Made by a program: the position numbers and the translations under genes
The notes under the pieces: model-generated
What the model saw: only the letters and a program-made list of their open reading frames with translations
Databases searched by the model: none
Told to the model about the DNA's origin: nothing
Origin: Bacteroidota bacterium
GTDB taxonomy: Bacteria; Bacteroidota; JABWAT01
Reading direction: 5' to 3'
DNA length: 64,000 nt
NCBI GenBank assembly: GCA_013360915.1
Contig: JABWAT010000001.1
Location: 468,981-532,980, forward strand
Shown here: positions 58,810 to 64,000 of the stretch, one piece after another
How the letters are laid out: every line of letters starts with the position of its first letter
Position numbering within the stretch: position 1 is the stretch's first letter

Positions 58810-61755
58810 TTATTTCAGAAGCATCATTTTAATGGTTTTCGAGAAAGAGCCAGCCTCGATGCGTGCAAAGTACACACCGCTGGTCAGGCCATTTCCGTTA
58901 AACTCATAGACGTGATTTCCGGCAGCAACACCAGTCTTCACAAACGAAGTCACTTCACGACCGGTTACATCATAAATTTTCAGGCTGACATCGGAGGTCC
59001 TGGCCAGACTGAACATAATGCGGGTAGCCGGGTTGAACGGATTCGGATAGTTCTGCATCAGATCAAACCGGGTGGGTGAGGTTGCAACATCATCCACACC
59101 AACGCCACCTTCGCCAACCACTTCAATCAGACCAAAAGTAGCAGGGCGTTTCCAGTGTTCATCGAGAGAAATGATTTCGTTCTGGCTGAAGTAGTCCCAT
59201 CCACCAAACTGAGCCATCAGGGTACGGGCATCGTCACCAAAGGATGGATCCATGTCGTTGCCATCGATCCGTAATGGCATGACCATTCCGGGTTTCACTT
59301 CAATACCACCTTCTGCAGGTGCAAATTTGGCCAGTTCGATACGACCTTCGATGATGTAACCATCGCCGGAAAACTTCTCGAATACGGCTGCTTCCAGACC
59401 AGGAACAACGGCGTCATCTCCACCATCCAGTGCAGTTGTGGCACGTGAGGTAAACCCGATCCGCCAGTCACCGGCCGTTTTCGGGCTGCTCTTGCCATGA
59501 AGTTCTTTCAGACCATTCACATCATAGAATCCGAAGTAAAACTCGAGCGCATCTCCCTGCCAGGCCTGTGTTGTTTGCGGAGCGCGAACGAGGTCATCAT
59601 CGGTCACGTCAGCTGAAATGTACAGGTACTCTTTGTCGATGACAAAAGTCACCTTGTAGGAAATGTCAATCGATTCCGGAGTCCAGCCGGCCGATTGTCC
59701 GCCATTGGCAGATTCAGGAGTCAGCTGATATTCTTTGTAATCGACAAATTCGTCATCCAATCCATCCAGGCTGAATTTGGCAGCAAAGGTGGTGTCATAG
59801 GTAACCTTCAGGGTCTTGCTGGTTTCGATTTCGACAGGACCGAATTTACTTTCAGAAGTGACTTCGGTTTCGGCAGATCCATCGAAGGCTGTGACGGCAT
59901 AATACAGGGATTTGGTATCACCATTGGTTGACCACGGACGATGAGCCCAGACCTGCGATCCGTGCGGAATGCCGCGAGCAATGTTCTGAACAGCAGGATC
60001 ATTGATATCTGCAATCGGTGACTCACTTACGTAGACATTGTAAGTTTCGGTACCGAGGGTATTATCAACCCAATCCAGACGGACATATTCAAAAGCACTT
60101 CCCGGTGCGGTAGAGACCTGAACACTGCCCTGAATAGCAGGAGAAACCACGGCGCCAACCGGTTTAGGAATGTCGTACAGGGTGAGGTTGTCATAATAAA
60201 TGGCTCCGACCCAGTTCACATCATCTCCATAACGGAACTGGAATCCGAAATTGCCATTCTTTGTGGTATCAAATACGGCAGAATCGACCAGAGCAGTCAG
60301 ATCAATTTTCATGGTTGACCATTTACCGCGAACGATGGTGGTGTCATTAATCAGGAACGGTGTTTCATTCCAACTCCAGCCCACTGCATCACCCGTCACC
60401 ACAAAGCCGATTTGTCCACCCAGAGGTGCATCTGCAGGTACCCATACATCGATAGAGATGGCCGTGGCGGTTTTCTGTGCTTCGATGGAATAGATCGAAA
60501 GACCTTCGCGTGCCACGTATACTTTTTTATCGGAAGTTACTTTTGAAAAATCAGTACCAATTTCAAGAACACCTTCACTGCGGTCAGACGGATCGTTTAC
60601 ACGTTTGATCGTGGTACCAACGGTACTCCAGCTGGCCATGATAAAGTTCTGTGCACCGCCGGCAATGGCTTCGAAATCGGCCACGACGAATTTGTCACCA
60701 GTTTCAATACCGGCAAATCCGACGTTATCGAAGTAAAAGGTCCCATTCCAGGATTTATCAGATTCATCCCAGTTGGCAATCTGAACACCCGTTTTACCAA
60801 GCTTGGCATTTTCATGATCAAAGTTGGCATCTTTTGCCTTTTGAGCAGCCAGATCATAATAGATCGGGAACCATACTTCTTTTTTAATCTGGTAGGCATA
60901 GACCAACTGCTCGGTCCATGACCAGTGAGAATCATCCTGTGCCCAGAGGCCAAACTGAATGGAATCGGGTGTATCGGCAGGCAGCCAGATCCAGTAAACC
61001 AGCAGATTATTTCCTTTGGAAACGATGTTATCTACCTGGATAACCCCTTTGTCATTGCTCTTGTAATTGACTGCAAGAACACCAGCTGAATTTCCGCTCG
61101 GGTCGGCCACTTTGGTTACGCTTCCAAGTCCGGTTCCCCAGCCATTGTCGGCATATCCATCGGTTCCTTCTTCGAAATCGGCAAAAACGGAAGGTTCCAC
61201 ACCAACCAGACTCAGGTTATCAATGTAAATGTTCCCGGCCCAGTTCTTATCGGATACGTTCCAGTTGGCTACTTCAATTCCCATTTTTCCCAATTTGTTT
61301 CCATGGTGGTTGAACGACCCGCCTGTGTTCAGGAATTGTTGTTCCATGAAAAAGCTGATCGGATACCATTTATCCCGTGGAATACCGGTGGTTGTGTATA
61401 ATTTTTCATTCCAGGACCAGTTCTGATCATCCTGGGCCCACAATTTAAGGTCGAGGCTGTCGGGAGTCCCGGTTGGAAGCCATACCCAGAAAGTGAAAGC
61501 CTGTGCATCATTCACTTCGACGTTGTCTTTCTGAATCGCCCCTTTTACACCCGATCCACCACCAGCAAAGGAAAGCTGAAGAACGCCGGAACTGTTTCCC
61601 GACGGATCGGCGACCCGGCTTACGCTGGTAAACCCTGATCCCCAGCCATTGTCTGCAAAGCCATTGGCATCCGATTCAAAATCGGAAATGACCTGCGCAA
61701 ATCCGGCAGACGCTGCAAGCAGCATTCCGGCCAGAAGTAGCAATTGTTTTCTCAT
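58810..61755 (-). CDS. Non-catalytic multi-CBM surface glycan-binding protein with T9SS type A CTD
   Basis: Signal peptide; three DFE...DPS...GVL...W-S-W...Y-x-DN beta-sandwich repeats; Fn3-like domain; CBM9/DOMON-like domain (LYISADVTDD, WQGDALEFYF, GYIIEGRI); QNYPNPFNP...KMMLLK. Confidence 0.8.
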   Translation of the reverse strand: MRKQLLLLAGMLLAASAGFAQVISDFESDANGFADNGWGSGFTSVSRVADPSGNSSGVLQLSFAGGGSGVKGAIQKDNVEVNDAQAFTFWVWLPTGTPDSLDLKLWAQDDQNWSWNEKLYTTTGIPRDKWYPISFFMEQQFLNTGGSFNHHGNKLGKMGIEVANWNVSDKNWAGNIYIDNLSLVGVEPSVFADFEEGTDGYADNGWGTGLGSVTKVADPSGNSAGVLAVNYKSNDKGVIQVDNIVSKGNNLLVYWIWLPADTPDSIQFGLWAQDDSHWSWTEQLVYAYQIKKEVWFPIYYDLAAQKAKDANFDHENAKLGKTGVQIANWDESDKSWNGTFYFDNVGFAGIETGDKFVVADFEAIAGGAQNFIMASWSTVGTTIKRVNDPSDRSEGVLEIGTDFSKVTSDKKVYVAREGLSIYSIEAQKTATAISIDVWVPADAPLGGQIGFVVTGDAVGWSWNETPFLINDTTIVRGKWSTMKIDLTALVDSAVFDTTKNGNFGFQFRYGDDVNWVGAIYYDNLTLYDIPKPVGAVVSPAIQGSVQVSTAPGSAFEYVRLDWVDNTLGTETYNVYVSESPIADINDPAVQNIARGIPHGSQVWAHRPWSTNGDTKSLYYAVTAFDGSAETEVTSESKFGPVEIETSKTLKVTYDTTFAAKFSLDGLDDEFVDYKEYQLTPESANGGQSAGWTPESIDISYKVTFVIDKEYLYISADVTDDDLVRAPQTTQAWQGDALEFYFGFYDVNGLKELHGKSSPKTAGDWRIGFTSRATTALDGGDDAVVPGLEAAVFEKFSGDGYIIEGRIELAKFAPAEGGIEVKPGMVMPLRIDGNDMDPSFGDDARTLMAQFGGWDYFSQNEIISLDEHWKRPATFGLIEVVGEGGVGVDDVATSPTRFDLMQNYPNPFNPATRIMFSLARTSDVSLKIYDVTGREVTSFVKTGVAAGNHVYEFNGNGLTSGVYFARIEAGSFSKTIKMMLLK

Positions 61756-61849
61756 CTGTTTTCTCCCGTTTGTTGTTTAGGAAAGTCGTTGATTGCCTTG
61801 TTCTAAAATCCCCGTGTGAACGGTTTTTTTATCACAGTTGTCATATGAT

Positions 61850-61866
61850 ATCACAAACAATGCCAA
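61850..61866 (-). promoter_or_regulatory. Candidate sigma-54 (-24/-12) promoter
   Basis: Minus strand TTGGCATTGTTTGTGAT = GG-N10-GA (non-canonical -12), about 95-110 nt upstream of ATG 61755. Confidence 0.5.
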
Positions 61867-61939
61867 ACTTTTAAAACCGTGTTTCTGCTGGCCAAAAGCC
61901 TTGTTTAAGGTGTTTAACATCTGCTTTTCTGATTTTGTA

Positions 61940-61974
61940 TTTATCATAGCGATAAAGTTTATCAAAAAGATAAA
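61940..61974. promoter_or_regulatory. Tandem palindromic sites TTTATC-N5-GATAAA (candidate enhancer/UAS)
   Basis: TTTATC-ATAGC-GATAAA-G-TTTATC-AAAAA-GATAAA: two perfect-arm inverted repeats with an 18-bp period. Confidence 0.65.
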
Positions 61975-61976
61975 GA

Positions 61977-63422
61977 TCAGGCGTTGCTGCCGATGCTTAC
62001 CAGTTCCGAACGGTTTTTTACTTGTGTCCAATGATTAATTAATGAACGGAGCGAGGACTGATGCTCCAGAATTCCCGGATTTTCTCTCACCACCTCATAC
62101 TCTGGTCTGGCAAGAATCCCAAGAAGGTTGCTGAGTGCCCGGCCGGTGTGGTAGGTGCACTTCCAGATGTGAGATTTAGGTCCGGTGACAAAATGAGGTT
62201 CTTTATCGATTCCGCCTTCGAACCAATCTCCCTTCACCGGATCGAGCACATACCGGGTCACATAGTCCCATTGTTTCAGGAACGTTTCTGCATAGACGGG
62301 CTCTTCAGGGAAAATTTCCGACATGATCAGAAGGATGTTGAGGGCTTCTGCCTGGGCCCACCAGTTTTTGGTTGACTTCAGAATGACCATCTGACCATCG
62401 ATATATTGCCCACCGTCATAGAAACCGCCGGTTTCATGATCGAATCCGTTTAAAATTGAGTGATCAACCATTTTTTTGGCGGTCCACAGGGTTTTATCAT
62501 CCTGATAGAGCCCCAGAACATGCGAAGCTTCGAGCAGAAGAAAAGCCGTTTCATAGTCGTGGCCGAAGGAAATGTGATCGAGCCGGTAATCGGTTGCAGA
62601 ATAGCCCGATCTTTTGGTGATTCGTCTGACGGGATTCCATTGACGGTCAAAAAACAGGTTCAGATAGCCCTTTTCGGTGGTCATCCGGTCACGGATAAGA
62701 AGCAGCATGGTGGTCAGTCGTGAGCGCAGAACCGGGTGGTTCCAATGCGGCAATAATTCGGTAAACGCTTCAAGCAGGTGAATGCTCGAATTCTGGTCTT
62801 TAAATCCTACCTCTGGTTCATCGGTGGCGTGTGACCGGTAAACCGAATTCTGGTCAAAAACCTGTCCATCGCGCTGATAAAACTGAAAATATCCGCCAAA
62901 CTCATCATCCCATCCCTTTGATTCGAGCCACCGGAACGATTCCTGTGCCAATTGTAAAACCTCAGGATTCCGGGTCTGGCTGTATAATGCAGCCAGTCCG
63001 TAAATCGCAAAAGCATTGCCGTAGGCCCGTTTTTCATCCATCCAGCCTTCACAATCAGAAAGCCCGCCATCTGCAGAACGGGCCTGGAAAAATCCGCCAT
63101 AACGTTGGTCCCACATGAAATTTTTCATAAACGGGAATCCATGAGCGGCCATCTGAAGAAATTGATGACGCTGCTTAAACAAGCCCGACATCCGGGAGAG
63201 GGTCCAGATGTGACGTGCCTGAGACACCACCATTTTGTCCTGAACGGGAGGGAGAGTCCAGTCGGCAGTCACATTGGTATAATAGCCACCTGACCGGTTG
63301 TCAATCACCAATGGATACCACCGGTTCAGAATGCCTTCTGTAAGCGCTTTATAAATATCCTGATACAATGAGTCACTGTATACCGACTTAAAAGTTGCCA
63401 TATTGATTACCAATTCATCCAT
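61977..63422 (-). CDS. AGE-family epimerase, cellobiose/mannobiose 2-epimerase-like
   Basis: QARHIWT, YGNAFAIYGLA, NSSIHLLEA, SFGHDYE, WWAQAE and WKCTYHTGR motifs. Confidence 0.9.
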   Translation of the reverse strand: MDELVINMATFKSVYSDSLYQDIYKALTEGILNRWYPLVIDNRSGGYYTNVTADWTLPPVQDKMVVSQARHIWTLSRMSGLFKQRHQFLQMAAHGFPFMKNFMWDQRYGGFFQARSADGGLSDCEGWMDEKRAYGNAFAIYGLAALYSQTRNPEVLQLAQESFRWLESKGWDDEFGGYFQFYQRDGQVFDQNSVYRSHATDEPEVGFKDQNSSIHLLEAFTELLPHWNHPVLRSRLTTMLLLIRDRMTTEKGYLNLFFDRQWNPVRRITKRSGYSATDYRLDHISFGHDYETAFLLLEASHVLGLYQDDKTLWTAKKMVDHSILNGFDHETGGFYDGGQYIDGQMVILKSTKNWWAQAEALNILLIMSEIFPEEPVYAETFLKQWDYVTRYVLDPVKGDWFEGGIDKEPHFVTGPKSHIWKCTYHTGRALSNLLGILARPEYEVVRENPGILEHQSSLRSLINHWTQVKNRSELVSIGSNA

Positions 63423-64000
63423 TTTCTGATTTCAGGGGTCAGTTCAGCAGCCATCAACCGGTGATCCCGTACATCGGGATGGCCATCACAACCACGATCG
63501 TACCGGCGGCTCCATCTGAACAGCCGGGTGTTTCCGGTCTGGTCTCCCGAGGCCAATACCTGGAGCCAACGGTCGAGCGTTTCCAGTTTTTTTCCCTGCA
63601 GAACCGGACTGGAAGTCAGCAGCACCTTAGCACCCGGATTGTTTTTTCTGAGCTTGTAAAGGAAGGACCTGAAAGAATTCACAAATACCGAAGAATCGGG
63701 AGCCGGTCGGGCCACCGCCTGATCTCCATCTGAAAAGTCGTTTGTTCCCAGACCAATTACATACAGATCCGGATTCCAGCCATTCAGATCCCAGGGGCGG
63801 GCATATGGATCCAGATTCATAAATACACTGTAGTAGACAGCGGGCATGACCGGACCCGGAGAGTTCCAGTTGCGGGTCACTCCGATACCAGATACCGAGG
63901 ATAGCATCCATTGTGCACTTAACTGACGGGAGGCCAACGGACCAAAGGCATTCCAGGCATGATGCTGGTCGAACCATTGGGCTTTTTTACACGGAACGGG
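63407..64000 (-). CDS. SGNH/GDSL esterase, CE2-like acetyl esterase (5' end outside window)
   Basis: Frame is open to the window edge (PVPCKKAQWFDQHHAWNAFGPLASRQL...); SVSGIG, GLGTNDFS and GCDGHP SGNH blocks. Confidence 0.82.
   Translation of the reverse strand, partial: PVPCKKAQWFDQHHAWNAFGPLASRQLSAQWMLSSVSGIGVTRNWNSPGPVMPAVYYSVFMNLDPYARPWDLNGWNPDLYVIGLGTNDFSDGDQAVARPAPDSSVFVNSFRSFLYKLRKNNPGAKVLLTSSPVLQGKKLETLDRWLQVLASGDQTGNTRLFRWSRRYDRGCDGHPDVRDHRLMAAELTPEIRKWMNW

Noticed and set aside
61777-62038. Short ORFs 61777-62031 (-) and 61838-62038 (+)
   Set aside because: They span an AT-rich promoter/enhancer region and have no protein-like features.
1-64000. Prophage, transposase, integrase, tRNA/rRNA or defence genes
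   Set aside because: None recognised in the translations or intergenic regions.

Overview
64-kb chromosomal window from a bacterium of the Bacteroidota/Chlorobi/Ignavibacteria/Rhodothermia group. This placement is inferred from TAnnTTTG-type promoters, T9SS C-terminal sorting domains, a PorV-like gene and a GWxTD gene. Almost all genes lie on the minus strand. Positions 1-42.3 kb are largely housekeeping: a fatty-acid beta-oxidation cluster (acyl-CoA ligase, fadN-like, thiolase, acyl-CoA dehydrogenase), PduO-type adenosyltransferase, MFS, a second acyl-CoA ligase, a ~1585-aa PKD-repeat protein, a complete cbb3 oxidase locus (ccoNOQP, ccoGHIS; ccoQ is missing from the ORF track), GWxTD/M23/FAH/NUDIX/NamZ genes, ndk, sucD, gatA, tatA, purQ/purS/pssA/psd/purC/purB, HtrA, transaldolase and the SRP (4.5S) RNA gene. 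Positions 42.3-64 kb hold the most interesting element: a beta-mannan utilisation locus with no SusC/SusD pair in the window. Its order is CE2-like esterase, cellobiose/mannobiose 2-epimerase, a candidate sigma-54 promoter with tandem palindromic enhancer-like sites, a non-catalytic multi-CBM T9SS protein, a non-SusC TonB-dependent receptor, a PorV-like barrel, a 1221-aa acidic protein with an atypical T9SS-like tail, a parvulin PPIase, a T9SS GH26 mannanase, and a solute-binding protein + atypical histidine kinase + sigma-54 response regulator. I propose (inference) that this is an uncharacterised SusD-independent, T9SS-based glycan capture and uptake system with its own three-component regulation. 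No CRISPR array, tRNA, rRNA or transposase was seen. All family assignments come from motif recognition by eye, not from database searches.
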